Shown here in pieces: positions 29,457-39,781 of a stretch of 64,000 nucleotides of DNA. A program made the translations under genes and the position numbers. Within the stretch, counting starts at the first letter, position 1; the number at the start of each line of letters is the position of its first letter. The notes beneath the pieces are model-generated. The model searched no databases, was not told the DNA's origin, and saw only the letters and a program-made list of their open reading frames with translations. Source of the DNA: Armatimonadota bacterium (GTDB taxonomy: Bacteria > Armatimonadota > UBA5829 > DTLH01); assembly GCA_038207085.1 (NCBI GenBank), contig JBBRAE010000009.1, positions 32,001 to 96,000 of the forward strand, written 5' to 3'.

Positions 29457-30110
29457 TTAGTCGGCTTTCTTTTTCGCGAGCGCTATCCAGTGGACGGGTC
29501 GCCCTGGCTCCATGCTTTCTTCGAGCGCCATTATCTCGAAGTCCGCGAGCAGATCGTCGCGCACCTCAGTTTCGTCTGAGAAGTGGTGGGAGATGCCCGC
29601 GTCGGGGACGTCGCCGCCCTTGATCAGGGTAAAGGGCTCGATCTCCTCGGCTCCGGGAAGATTCTTCTCACTCTCCCACTCCTTGCGCGAGAGCAGCCAG
29701 ACCAGAAAATACCCACCGGGGCGAAGCGCTCGGGCCACCTCGGCGATCGAACGCCGAAGGCCGTCGAGCTTGTTGTGATATATCGCGAGGACGCTTATCA
29801 CCGCATCGAAGCTTGCGTCGGGGAAGGGGATCTGCTCCATATCGGCCTCGACAAGCTCAGCACTGACGGCGTGGCGTGCCATCGCCTTTCTGGAGAGATG
29901 AAGCGCGGTGTCCGAGGAGTCCTGCCCCGTCACCTCAAAGCCTTCGCGTGCGAGCCAAACCACGTGCCGACCCGCGCCGCAACCGAGGTCGAGAATCCGC
30001 GTTGTGTCGTTTCCGTGCAGGATCGGGATCACCCCGACCACATGCCAGTCCGGGTCCTCCCACCTCATATCTTGTCGTTCAAAAACATCGTTCCAGGTCT
30101 GCTGGGGCAA
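29457..30110 (-). CDS. Class I SAM-dependent methyltransferase
   Basis: ILDLGCGAGRH, PFPDASFDAV, LRPGG. Confidence 0.9.
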   Translation of the reverse strand: MPQQTWNDVFERQDMRWEDPDWHVVGVIPILHGNDTTRILDLGCGAGRHVVWLAREGFEVTGQDSSDTALHLSRKAMARHAVSAELVEADMEQIPFPDASFDAVISVLAIYHNKLDGLRRSIAEVARALRPGGYFLVWLLSRKEWESEKNLPGAEEIEPFTLIKGGDVPDAGISHHFSDETEVRDDLLADFEIMALEESMEPGRPVHWIALAKKKAD

Positions 30111-30244
30111 GTTCTTCGTCCTCCTTGATCGTGTGCAGTGTCAAATATACGGCATGGAGACTTTTGAGTCAAGGAGATGCGCGAAGTGGATGCATGTAGT
30201 AAGAGATACCCACGCCCTTGTGGCGGTGGAGTTGGCTCACCTTT

Positions 30245-30661
30245 CTACCACCCCAGCAGCCGATACGACGCCCCGGCCCACCACTGTTCGCTCCCGACGA
30301 TGCCGGTGATCCAGTTGAAGCCGTCGTAGATTGCGGTGATGTTCCAGCCGCCGACGGAGATGTCTGGGAGCTCGCGCGTCTCTTTCAATACCTTGTAGTA
30401 GAACGAAACGAGCGTGGAGTCCTTGTCGCCGTCGGCGTCGATGTAGAGCGCGTCGATCTCAAGCTTGCCGGTCACTCCCACGGCGAGCTCCTCAAGATAT
30501 GCGTGCTGGGGGAAAGATGGGGGTGTCTGGAGCTTTACGTAGTATGTGCCAAGCTCAACCTCGCCGCCTCTGAGCTGGTTCGCGGCCGGCATAGTGACGA
30601 TATCGATCGCAAAAGCTCCCTGGCATAGAGCGACACAGGCCAAGGCAACAACCCAACGCAT
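30245..30661 (-). CDS. Secreted beta-strand-rich hypothetical protein, possibly a shortened outer-membrane barrel
   Basis: Signal peptide ending AFA; amphipathic strands; WAGASYRL near the C-terminus. Confidence 0.5.
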   Translation of the reverse strand: MRWVVALACVALCQGAFAIDIVTMPAANQLRGGEVELGTYYVKLQTPPSFPQHAYLEELAVGVTGKLEIDALYIDADGDKDSTLVSFYYKVLKETRELPDISVGGWNITAIYDGFNWITGIVGSEQWWAGASYRLLGW

Positions 30662-30716
30662 CTCACAGCCTCCAGACAATAAGATGTGCTATGAGATACC
30701 CGCTGGGGGCGAAACT

Positions 30717-31718
30717 CTAACCCCGTTTGGCAAGTGGCTCGGAGGCTCTCGCGTCCATATCAAGGGCCGAGCGCTCTCCACCAATGAATCTGTAATACCC
30801 GGCGGCGGCGGCCATCGCGGCGTTGTCGGTGCAGAGCTTTGGAGGCGGAGCGCTCACGGTGATCCCAAGCTCCGCGCCTCGCTCCTTCATTCTCGCCTGA
30901 AGCCCGCGGTTTGCGGCGACTCCACCGGCGATCAAGACCCGCTTTGCGCCCTTCATCTCGGCGGCTTTAAATGTGTTGTTGACGAGCACGTCGATCACGG
31001 CTGCCTGGAAGCTCGCCGCCACGTCCTCTACGGGCACAGAGTCACCCGCTTTCTCGATGTGGCGCACGACGGAGGTCTTGAGTCCCGAAAAGCTGAAGTC
31101 GAGCGTCCCATCGATCCTGGCGCGCGGGAACCTGATCGCTTTGGGGTTCCCCTGGCTTGCGAGCTTGTCGATGATCGGGCCGCCGGGGTAGCCGAGGCCC
31201 ATCGCACGTGCGGACTTGTCAAACGCCTCACCGGCGGCGTCGTCGCGCGTGCGGGCGATCATCTCATACTCACCGTGACCGGTCATATAGACGATATCGG
31301 AGTGCCCGCCTGAGACTATCAGGCAGATAAAGGGGAACTCGATCTCAGTGTCTGTCAGGAAGTTTGCGTAGATGTGGCCTTCGAGGTGATGCACCCCGAT
31401 GATCGGGAGCCCCGCCGCCCACGCGATCGCCTTTGCAGCCGACACCCCGACGATCAGCGCGGGGATCAGCCCGGGGCGGTTGATGATCGCGATTGCGTCG
31501 ATGTCTGAGAGCGCGCACCCGGCTTCGTCGAGCGCCTGGCTGACGGTCGGGCAGATCAGCTCCACGTGCCTGCGCGAAGCGATTTCCGGGACTACTCCGC
31601 CGAACTTCTGGAAAAGGTCGATCTGGGAGGCGACTATGTTGGAGAGGATTGTCCTGCCGTCCTCGACGACTGCGGCGCTGGTCTCGTCGCAGCTCGTCTC
31701 AATACCTAAAATCTTCAT
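30717..31718 (-). CDS. tsaD: tRNA N6-threonylcarbamoyltransferase
   Basis: LGIETSCDET, GGVVPEIASRRH, HHLEGH, DDAAGEAFDK, CTDNAAM. Confidence 0.98.
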   Translation of the reverse strand: MKILGIETSCDETSAAVVEDGRTILSNIVASQIDLFQKFGGVVPEIASRRHVELICPTVSQALDEAGCALSDIDAIAIINRPGLIPALIVGVSAAKAIAWAAGLPIIGVHHLEGHIYANFLTDTEIEFPFICLIVSGGHSDIVYMTGHGEYEMIARTRDDAAGEAFDKSARAMGLGYPGGPIIDKLASQGNPKAIRFPRARIDGTLDFSFSGLKTSVVRHIEKAGDSVPVEDVAASFQAAVIDVLVNNTFKAAEMKGAKRVLIAGGVAANRGLQARMKERGAELGITVSAPPPKLCTDNAAMAAAAGYYRFIGGERSALDMDARASEPLAKRG

Positions 31719-32269
31719 CAGCAAACGTGTGTCCTTGTCTTTTCGGTTTCGTCGGGCACTTCGGTGTTCTCGATCAGGCGCTGTTTCAGCTCGGAGAAGC
31801 ATCGCTGGTAGTCCGGGGAGTGGATGTCGTCCACCCACATCACGATCGCGTTTTCGTTGTTGTCGCTGTAGTATCCGCGCCGGATAGCCGCCGCGACAAA
31901 GCCGTATTTTCGATACAGCCCCTGGGCGACGTTGTTGCTTTCGCGCACTTCGAGGGTTGCGCGCCTGGCTCTGCGGCGATGGGCCTCTTCGAGCATCGAA
32001 AAGAGAATCTGCTCGCCGATCTTTCGCCCGCGGTAGTCCGGGTCGACTCCAATCGTGGTGATGTGCGCCTCATCTATGATGATCCACATGCCCGAGAACC
32101 CGACGATCTTGTCGCCGATTCGCGCCACGATGTAATGCGCCGAGCGGTTGGCAAGCTCGGTGAGGTACGCGCTCTCACTCCAGGGAGTTGTGAAGCACTG
32201 TCTCTCGATTTCCATTACCCTGGTAACATCCTCGCGCTGCATCTTATCTATTTTGACGAGCTCGATCAC
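31718..32269 (-). CDS. rimI: Ribosomal protein S18 N-acetyltransferase
   Basis: CFTTPWS, EAHITT, TLEVRESN, RRGYY. Confidence 0.93.
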   Translation of the reverse strand: MIELVKIDKMQREDVTRVMEIERQCFTTPWSESAYLTELANRSAHYIVARIGDKIVGFSGMWIIIDEAHITTIGVDPDYRGRKIGEQILFSMLEEAHRRRARRATLEVRESNNVAQGLYRKYGFVAAAIRRGYYSDNNENAIVMWVDDIHSPDYQRCFSELKQRLIENTEVPDETEKTRTHVC

Positions 32270-32465
32270 TCCCCACGCACCTCTAAATATAATGCCTACC
32301 TAACAGGAGTATACCCGATTGTTATAGGGGAAAACAAGCTTGGTAGGTATCAGCTGGATATGCCCGGTGGTAGTTGAAAAAACTTGGGCCATATTGTAAA
32401 GTTAAGGGTGTTATATCACTTATATCATTATTGAGGAAAAATCACTTGAAAGGAGGTGAGAACGT

Positions 32466-33632
32466 ATGTCTAAACGAACAGTCTGGCCGATCATCGCGAT
32501 CCTTTTTGCGGGAGCGGGTGTGATCGGCGGCATCTGGCTTGCTCAGAGCTACATTACCATGCTCGATCAGGGGCAGGTATGGGGGCTTGATGTATCAGCC
32601 GGCAAGAGGTTTACCGGCTCCGAAAGGTTCCTCGCCAAGCTCGCATTCGCCGTTGGAGGCATGCTGCTCGGGTTTTTGTCATCCACAATCGTTTATACCG
32701 AGCTTCAGCGGCTGCGAGTGGCTATTGAGAAGATGTCCGTTCAGGACAAGCTTGCGGGCGTCGCAGGGCTTATCGTCGGGTTGCTCTTGACGGTGCTTAT
32801 TGCGATCAGTATGAGGCCACCGACCTGGGCGAACCTCGCTATTGCTGTATTTCTATGCTATCTTGGCGTAACTGCCACACTTTCTATGAAAGAACAGTTG
32901 CGCATCTACTTCCCAGGCAGTAACATGCCGGGCAAATATCCGACCGCAAGCCCGATGATGCCCAAGATTCTTGATACCAACGTCATCATAGACGGGCGTA
33001 TTGCCGACATTTGTAAAGCCGGATTCGTTGACGGGCCCATTTATATCCCGCGCTTCGTGCTGGAAGAGCTGCAGCAGATCGCTGACTCAAGCGATTCATT
33101 GAAGCGCGCCCGGGGACGGCGCGGGCTCGACATTCTAAACCAAATGCGGGTTGAGATGAGTTTGCAGGTCGAGACTTATGAGTCAGCTCTTAGCATCATG
33201 CCCGACGAGGTGGATGCCAAACTCGTGCAGCTCGCAAAAGAGCTCGGCGGGTCCATCGTCACCAACGATTACAACCTGAACAAGGTCGCAGCGATCCAGG
33301 GGATCAAGGTGCTGAACGTAAACGAGCTCGCAAACGCCCTGAAGCCGGTCGTGCTTCCGGGCGAAGAGATGATCGTCATGATCGTCAAAGAGGGCAAGGA
33401 GTCGAACCAGGGCGTCGGCTATCTCGACGACGGCACGATGATCGTAGTCGAGCGCGGGCGGCGCAATATGGGCGACACGGTCAACGTCATTGTAACGAGC
33501 ATCCTGCAGACCGCCGCGGGGAAGATGATCTTCGCGAACATCAAGCAGGACCATCAGCAGGAAGAGGAAGACGATGTTGAGCGGAGCGTCCGCGGTTATT
33601 CCGGCGGCAGGCCGAGGCGAAAGATTCGGTAG
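32466..33632 (+). CDS. PIN/TRAM-domain membrane protein (YacL-like)
   Basis: [42 protein letters not shown]. Confidence 0.93.
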   Translation: MSKRTVWPIIAILFAGAGVIGGIWLAQSYITMLDQGQVWGLDVSAGKRFTGSERFLAKLAFAVGGMLLGFLSSTIVYTELQRLRVAIEKMSVQDKLAGVAGLIVGLLLTVLIAISMRPPTWANLAIAVFLCYLGVTATLSMKEQLRIYFPGSNMPGKYPTASPMMPKILDTNVIIDGRIADICKAGFVDGPIYIPRFVLEELQQIADSSDSLKRARGRRGLDILNQMRVEMSLQVETYESALSIMPDEVDAKLVQLAKELGGSIVTNDYNLNKVAAIQGIKVLNVNELANALKPVVLPGEEMIVMIVKEGKESNQGVGYLDDGTMIVVERGRRNMGDTVNVIVTSILQTAAGKMIFANIKQDHQQEEEDDVERSVRGYSGGRPRRKIR

Positions 33633-34746
33633 GGGGCAGAACAAGGTCTTTACCCCCGCCGCAGGGATCCCCTTGCTTGGCCACACACTGGGCGCGTTCG
33701 AGCGCTCGGAATCGATTAGTGAGATAGTCGTCGTAGTCGGCGCGCATGAGCTGGACGAAGCGCGCGCGGTTATCGAGGGCTTTGGATTGAAAAAGATAAA
33801 GGCGGTGGTTGCCGGTGGCGGCCACCGCCAGGACTCCGTACGCCTGGGGATCGAGGCCGCGAGCCCCGACACGGAGATCATCGCGGTGCACGACGGCGCG
33901 CGGTGTCTCGTCACTCCCGAGGTGATAGAGTCGACGATCGCCGAAGCTCGCGCAAGCGGCGCGGCTGTCGCGGCGGTCCCTGTGATCGACACGATCAAGA
34001 CCGCCACCCCGGACGGGCTCGTCGATCAGACGCTTGACCGCGACAGGCTCTGGGCGATCCAGACCCCCCAGACGTTTTGCCGCGACCTGATCACCCGCGC
34101 AATGCGGGAGGCGACCGAGGCAGGGTTCTACGCAACCGACGACGCGGCCCTGGTCGAGCGCGTCGGGCACGGCGTGAAGCTTGTGATGGGAAGCTACGAC
34201 AACATCAAGGTGACGACTCCGCGCGACCTGGAGTACGTCGAGTCAAAGCTTGGAGGACGCGTGAAGGGTGAGATTCGCACCGGGTTCGGTTACGATATAC
34301 ACAGGTTTTTGGAGGGGCGAAGGCTCTTCCTCGGCGGCGTAGAGTTTCCGGGCGAGACGGGCCTTGACGGCCACTCCGACGCGGACGTGATCCTCCACGC
34401 CATAGCCGACGCGATGCTAGGCGCGGCAGCCCTCGGCGACATCGGCGTTCATTTCCCGAACACCGACCCGCGCTTCAAAGGCAGCTCCAGCCTGCTCTTG
34501 CTCGAACACACCGCAGGGGTCCTGAAATCCGCAGGCTGGCAGGTGGTAAATGTCGATTCAACCCTTGTCTCGGAGCGCCCCAAGATCATGGGCCGCGCGC
34601 TTGAGATGCGTGAGAAGATCGGCGCGTCGCTCGGGATAGACTCGGGGCGGGTGAGCATCAAGGCGACTACGGCGGAGAAGCTCGGGGATATCGGCAGAGG
34701 CGACGGGGCGGCGTGTTACGCAATTGCGACGATTGAGAGGATCTGA
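33574..34746 (+). CDS. ispDF: Bifunctional IspD/IspF
   Basis: [23 protein letters not shown], then GYDIHR, GHSDADV, GDIG. Confidence 0.95.
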   Translation: MLSGASAVIPAAGRGERFGRGQNKVFTPAAGIPLLGHTLGAFERSESISEIVVVVGAHELDEARAVIEGFGLKKIKAVVAGGGHRQDSVRLGIEAASPDTEIIAVHDGARCLVTPEVIESTIAEARASGAAVAAVPVIDTIKTATPDGLVDQTLDRDRLWAIQTPQTFCRDLITRAMREATEAGFYATDDAALVERVGHGVKLVMGSYDNIKVTTPRDLEYVESKLGGRVKGEIRTGFGYDIHRFLEGRRLFLGGVEFPGETGLDGHSDADVILHAIADAMLGAAALGDIGVHFPNTDPRFKGSSSLLLLEHTAGVLKSAGWQVVNVDSTLVSERPKIMGRALEMREKIGASLGIDSGRVSIKATTAEKLGDIGRGDGAACYAIATIERI

Positions 34747-34771
34747 CGGCTGGTAGCTGCAATATAATACA

Positions 34772-35734
34772 ATGATCAAAACCTACTTATTTACAAAACA
34801 AGACACGCGGGAAGACGTTTCGCTTGAGGACTGGAAGTCACTCGCCAAGGACGAAGGGGCGATGATCTGGGTGGACGTTCGCTCGGTGAAGAAAGATGAG
34901 CTCGACCAGCTTGCGGGGCTCTTTGGGCTGCATCCGATCGCGCTCGATTCGTGCCTGGACGGCTACCGGCGGCCGCACCTGTTTGAGTTTGGCGATCACC
35001 TCTACGTCAACCTGACAGTCATCGCGTCCGGCGGGCACAACGGGCTGCACCCATCGGAACTGAACCTGTTTGCGGGTGAAAAGTTCATCATCACGGTCTC
35101 AAAGCAGGGGAAGTCCGAGGCTGTCGACCGGGCGCTATCTGAGTTCAAAGCTGAGCCAAAACTCTGCGAACGGGGAACGATCTATGCAGTCTATCTACTT
35201 ACAGAAGACCTGGTCGAGACATATTTCCCAGTGGTCGAAAAGCTCGACGACGCAGCCGATCAGCTTGAAACCGAAATGCTCGATGGAGCCGATCAAAAAT
35301 CGCTCAAACGCCAGCTTGAACTGAAACGAAAAGTCTTTGAGCTTCGAAAGATCCTCGGGCCGCAGCGCGATATCCTGAACGAACTCTCCCGGCGCGATTT
35401 CCCGTTTATGCAGGGAGAGAACACCGTCTACTTTCAGGATATCTATAACCGGATGATCAGGCTCTTCGACATGCTCGACACCATCCGGGAGATTCTCTCC
35501 GGCAGCCTCGACATCTACCTCTCAAGCGTCTCAAACAGGCTAAACGAGGTCATGAAGGTGCTGACGGGCGTTGCGACGATACTTGTTATCCTCTCGGTCG
35601 TCACGGGGTTCTTCGGGATGAATGTGCCCATCCCCGGGCAGAACTCGCCGTGGGCGTGGGTCGGCATCACAGGCGGAATGGCGGCGATTGTCGGCTACCT
35701 CGGCTGGTATCTGCATCGTAAGGGGTGGCTGTGA
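34772..35734 (+). CDS. corA: Mg/Co transporter CorA
   Basis: LNEVMKVLT, GFFGMN, two C-terminal TM segments. Confidence 0.92.
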   Translation: MIKTYLFTKQDTREDVSLEDWKSLAKDEGAMIWVDVRSVKKDELDQLAGLFGLHPIALDSCLDGYRRPHLFEFGDHLYVNLTVIASGGHNGLHPSELNLFAGEKFIITVSKQGKSEAVDRALSEFKAEPKLCERGTIYAVYLLTEDLVETYFPVVEKLDDAADQLETEMLDGADQKSLKRQLELKRKVFELRKILGPQRDILNELSRRDFPFMQGENTVYFQDIYNRMIRLFDMLDTIREILSGSLDIYLSSVSNRLNEVMKVLTGVATILVILSVVTGFFGMNVPIPGQNSPWAWVGITGGMAAIVGYLGWYLHRKGWL

Positions 35735-35812
35735 GGTTGTGGGATGTGTGATCCCTATATTGTGATCGGACGGGAGATTGCTCCCGATCGAAATAGAACA
35801 ACGAGGACCTTG

Positions 35813-35996
35813 GAGCATGTCTGAGAAGTGTAGTGGCCGTCCGCCGTGACGGCTATCGGCTCCGAAGGAGCCGGAAAACGGTGGGATTTCGTGCCAATTG
35901 AGCATTGATACGAGATTGCGCCGTAGGGCAGCGCCTACGGCGCTGATGGCCGGCACGGCGACCGGCCACTACAATCGAGATTTCTTAGACACGCTC
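35813..35996. mobile_element. MITE-like element with 15-bp imperfect TIRs, a TTG direct repeat and internal GTAG REPs
   Basis: GAGCATGTCTGAGAA ... TTCTTAGACACGCTC with TTG on both flanks. Confidence 0.6.
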
Positions 35997-36077
35997 TTGG
36001 TCCGGGGCAAGGGTTTGAGTCGACAGAGCGGGAGCTAAGCTCCCTTATTCTTCTTTGCGTGCGCGATAAATATAAAA

Positions 36078-36103
36078 GGGCGGACACATTGGTCCGCCCC
36101 TAC
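36078..36103. repeat. GTAG-type REP palindrome
   Basis: Identical to the copy at 15938. Confidence 0.85.
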
Positions 36104-36109
36104 GTTAGT

Positions 36110-37072
36110 CTAGGCCCACCACATTTCGCCGGTGGCTTCGCTTGTCATGACCTGCTTCAGGAACGAGACGGCCTTCTGGAAGCCTTCGTTCACCGACATC
36201 AAGCTGTCCTCATGCTCGATTGAGAGCACGTCGTCGTAGCCTACCATCCTAAGAGCACTTATGATGTCTTTCCAGACCGAATAATCGTGGCCGTAGCCGC
36301 AGGTGCGGAATATCCAGCTGCGGTTGATCTCGTCGCCGTAACTCTTGGTGTCGAGGACGCCGTTTACGCTGGTGTTGATCGCGTCGACTTTGGTGTCTTT
36401 GGCGTGGAAGTGATAGATCGCGTCGCCGAGCTTGCGGATCGAGGCGACAGGGTCCATCCCCTGCCAGAACAGGTGGCTTGGGTCGAAGTTTGCGCCGATG
36501 GTGTCGCCGCAGGCCTCGCGGATTCTTAGCATCGTCTCGGTGTTGTAGACCATAAAGCCGGGGTGCATCTCAAAACATATCTTTACGCCGTGCTCTTTGG
36601 CAAACGCCGCCTCTTCTTTCCAGTAGGGGATCGCGATCTCGTTCCACTGCCAGTCGAGGATTTCAGTGAAGTCCGGCGGCCAGGGGCAAGTGACCCAGTT
36701 CGGGCGCTCGGAGTTCGGCCCGTCGCCGGGGCAGCCGGAGAAATCGATCACGCGGTCGATATCGAGCATCTCTGCGAGCTCTATCGTCTTGCGGCGAATC
36801 TCGTGGTGCGCGCGGGCTATCTCTTTGTTAGGATGAAGCGAGTTGCCGTGGCAGGAGAGCGCGCTGATCGAAAGCCCCCTGGACTCCACAGCGTGAATGA
36901 GCGCCTTGCGCTCAGAATCGCTCTCAAGCATCTGGTCAACTGCCACATGCGCGCCGCCGGGATAGTTTCCCGTGCCAAGCTCCACGGCCGCAACGCCGGA
37001 CGCGGCGATGTAGTCAAACGCCTGCTCGCGCGACTGCTGGCTAAACAGTGCGGTAAACACACCTATCTTCAT
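36110..37072 (-). CDS. Sugar phosphate isomerase/epimerase (xylose-isomerase-like TIM barrel)
   Basis: FEMHPG, NFDPSH, HFHAKD, LSIEHED. Confidence 0.88.
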   Translation of the reverse strand: MKIGVFTALFSQQSREQAFDYIAASGVAAVELGTGNYPGGAHVAVDQMLESDSERKALIHAVESRGLSISALSCHGNSLHPNKEIARAHHEIRRKTIELAEMLDIDRVIDFSGCPGDGPNSERPNWVTCPWPPDFTEILDWQWNEIAIPYWKEEAAFAKEHGVKICFEMHPGFMVYNTETMLRIREACGDTIGANFDPSHLFWQGMDPVASIRKLGDAIYHFHAKDTKVDAINTSVNGVLDTKSYGDEINRSWIFRTCGYGHDYSVWKDIISALRMVGYDDVLSIEHEDSLMSVNEGFQKAVSFLKQVMTSEATGEMWWA

Positions 37073-37281
37073 TTGTATCGTCTCCCTTGTAAATGGCGGT
37101 TTGTGCCATTTACATTCCCGTTGTGATGACGACGACAGTAGCGCGGGTTTTGCGCTGCGAGAGTCTTCAACACAACTCCCTTGTAATTGTTTTTGTCTAT
37201 CTTCGGCATTATAGAGGGCGACGTTAAAGCAGTCAAGCGAAATGCGGGAACATTTAGCAGTCGAGCGACGTATAATATATA

Positions 37282-37425
37282 TCAGACGACAAGAAATCTA
37301 TTCACCAAGAATGAGCCGATCGTTGAATGGGCCAATTTTGTAGTGGCAGTGGTTGCGGGTAGTTCGGCAATCGTTGTGTTTTTCCCTGAGGGTCGATCGC
37401 ACCGGATAGCGATTGGCCCTCTTTT
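37282..37425 (+). ncRNA. Candidate small RNA
   Basis: GGAAC-N17-CGTATA at 37247-37274; 13-bp stem plus T-tract at 37388-37425; no credible ORF. Confidence 0.35.
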
Positions 37426-37519
37426 GGTTTGTATCAGGCAGCCAGCAAACAGTTCGCAATTTATTTCACATTTTTGAGTTCTGACCGGAACAATCCGCCC
37501 GCTTCGGCAGTCTAGTAAC

Positions 37520-37609
37520 TAGACGACCCTATGGGGTCGGATATTTCTCCTTTCTATCTCCTTTGGAGCCCGGACGGACACTACGCAAGCCTGCCGGGCT
37601 TCCTCTTTT
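37520..37609 (+). ncRNA. Candidate CU-rich small RNA
   Basis: GGAAC-N17-AGTCTA at 37487-37514; 5' hairpin; two TCTCCTTT motifs; plus-oriented terminator. Confidence 0.5.
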
Positions 37610-39547
37610 CTATCCCTCAAGAAACTCCCCAATTCGCCCGAGGTCGTGCGTCCCCTTGCAGTGTGGCAGGTATTTCAAGAACTCTTTGCCGTAGTGTTTT
37701 TTGACGATGCGGGAGTCGAGGATCGCTACGATGCCCCGGTCGGTCTTGGTGCGGATAAGGCGACCGAAACCCTGTTTTAGCCGAATCTGCGCCTGCGGGA
37801 CGGCGTAATCGCGGAACCAGTCGCCCCCGGCGGCAACGATTGCGTCGCAGCGGGCCTTGTTGATCGGGCTGTCGGGCACGGCGAATGGCAGCTTGTCGAT
37901 GATCACGCAGGAAAGCGCCTCGCCCTTTACGTCGACCCCTTCCCAGAAGCTGTGGACCCCCAGAAGGCACGCGCCGTCGGATGTGCGAAACTCTTCAAGA
38001 AGCTTGTCGTTTGACATATCGCCCTGCTTGAGAAGCTTGTAGTCGAGCCTGTCTATCAACAGGTCGTAGACTGAGTTTAGCATCCGGTAGCTTGTGAAGA
38101 GCAAGAATGCGCGGCCGCCAGAGAGCTTGACGATCTCCTCGATGCGACCCGCGACACGCTCGGTGTACTCGGGCGTGGTCGAGGGAAACTCAAAGTCCTT
38201 GGGCACGTAAATAAGCGCCTGCTCTTTGTAGTTGAATGGTGAGCCAAGCACCCGCTCGATCGCCTCATCAGGAGTCCCAAGGCGCTTTCGTATGTAGGTG
38301 AAGCCACCTGAGTTCGAAAGCGTCGCAGATGTCATGACGACCGACTCAAGCCGGTTCCAGAGCGAGTCGCGAAACGCGGTGGAGATGTCTACCGGAGTCA
38401 GGTGCAGACAGCAGTTGACGTGCCTGCCTCCCGTGGGACGGTCGCACCACTTGAAATAGTTGTCGTGATCGCGCAGAAAGAGGTTCATAAGGTCGTCTTT
38501 GATGCGCGCGAGGATCCTTCGGAAGCCTTCTATCCGAAACTTCAGGTCTTCGTCTTCGGCGGGGTCCTGGTCGGCAAGCTCGCGGGCCAGTCCGTCGACA
38601 AGCGACATAAGCTCTTCGGCCTTGGTGCGGGTTTGGGCGAGTTTGGCGACGCTCAGCTCCTCGTCCAAAAAGAACTCAGAGCGGCGGATCTCTTCAAACG
38701 CGGTGAAAAGCTCTTTATTTGCCTGGTCGATCACGTCGAGTTCCGAGGCCGTCACTGCGATGTCGCGGCGCTTTTTGATGCGGTTTAGAATATGCTGCAC
38801 CCGGTAGTTGCTGAACTCGACTCCAAACACCTTGCTTGCGACGTCTTCGAGGTGGTGTGCCTCGTCGAATATGACCGAGCTGTAATCGGGCAGGATCGCG
38901 GCCTTTGGGTCGCTCATCCTGATACCGAGGTCGGCGAAGAAAAGCGAATGGTTTGCGATGACGATATCGGCCTCGGCTGCGGCGCGGCGCATCTTGTAGT
39001 AGAAGCACCTCTGGTGGTAGTAGCACTCCTGATGGCGGCAGGTGTCCTGGTTGCTGCAGACCTCGCCCCAGCCCGGAAACGAGAAGCCTAGCTCTGAGAC
39101 ATCGCCCGTTTCGGTGGTCGATGCCCATTTGAGGAGCTTGTTGAAGATCGGGTCGCCCTGGAAGGTGATGTCCCCGCGCGCCTGATCGAGCTCCCACTGG
39201 CAGAGGTAGTTGGACCTGCCCTTGACGAGCATCGCCTTGAACGGTGTGTCGGGCATCGCCAGGCGCATCATCGGGATGTCTTTGCCGACGAGCTGCTCCT
39301 GAAGGTTGATGGTGTGGGTCGATATGATGACGGGCCTGCCGCGCAGGCTGTGGATGATCGCCGGGGCGAGGTAGGCGACCGTCTTGCCGACTCCGGTGCC
39401 CGCCTCGATCAGACAGTGTTTTCGCTCATCAAGAGCCTCCGCGACGGCGTTTGCCATCTCGATCTGCTCCTCGCGGTATTCATACGCGTCGCATATCCGC
39501 GAAAACGCGCCATCTTCTCCGATTATTTCACTTACCCAGTCATTCAC
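37610..39547 (-). CDS. dinG: DinG/YoaA-family Fe-S DNA helicase
   Basis: EAGTGVGKT, KGRSNYLC, DEAH, SATL, FWEGVD, QGFGRLIR. Confidence 0.92.
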   Translation of the reverse strand: MNDWVSEIIGEDGAFSRICDAYEYREEQIEMANAVAEALDERKHCLIEAGTGVGKTVAYLAPAIIHSLRGRPVIISTHTINLQEQLVGKDIPMMRLAMPDTPFKAMLVKGRSNYLCQWELDQARGDITFQGDPIFNKLLKWASTTETGDVSELGFSFPGWGEVCSNQDTCRHQECYYHQRCFYYKMRRAAAEADIVIANHSLFFADLGIRMSDPKAAILPDYSSVIFDEAHHLEDVASKVFGVEFSNYRVQHILNRIKKRRDIAVTASELDVIDQANKELFTAFEEIRRSEFFLDEELSVAKLAQTRTKAEELMSLVDGLARELADQDPAEDEDLKFRIEGFRRILARIKDDLMNLFLRDHDNYFKWCDRPTGGRHVNCCLHLTPVDISTAFRDSLWNRLESVVMTSATLSNSGGFTYIRKRLGTPDEAIERVLGSPFNYKEQALIYVPKDFEFPSTTPEYTERVAGRIEEIVKLSGGRAFLLFTSYRMLNSVYDLLIDRLDYKLLKQGDMSNDKLLEEFRTSDGACLLGVHSFWEGVDVKGEALSCVIIDKLPFAVPDSPINKARCDAIVAAGGDWFRDYAVPQAQIRLKQGFGRLIRTKTDRGIVAILDSRIVKKHYGKEFLKYLPHCKGTHDLGRIGEFLEG

Positions 39548-39781
39548 ACCTGAATTCTAACCGATGTATAGCGCTCGGCGCAAGGGGCGGGTTTTTACGC
39601 GCGGAAACATTTGGAGTGTTTGCGGCGTCTAGCCTTCGGCTGGCTGCTAAGGTCGAGGCTGCTTGTGTCATTTGGTCTGCAGATACAGAATGGAGCATCT
39701 GGCTTCGGTAAAGCATCATCCCGGAGGAATGCCGGGTTGCTACGTCGAACTACACAATTAGCTGTTACAGGGGGACTTGCT

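Noticed and set aside
37187..37477. 96-aa ORF from the ORF track
   Set aside because: TTG start without an RBS, it runs through a promoter and a terminator, and no motif is recognisable
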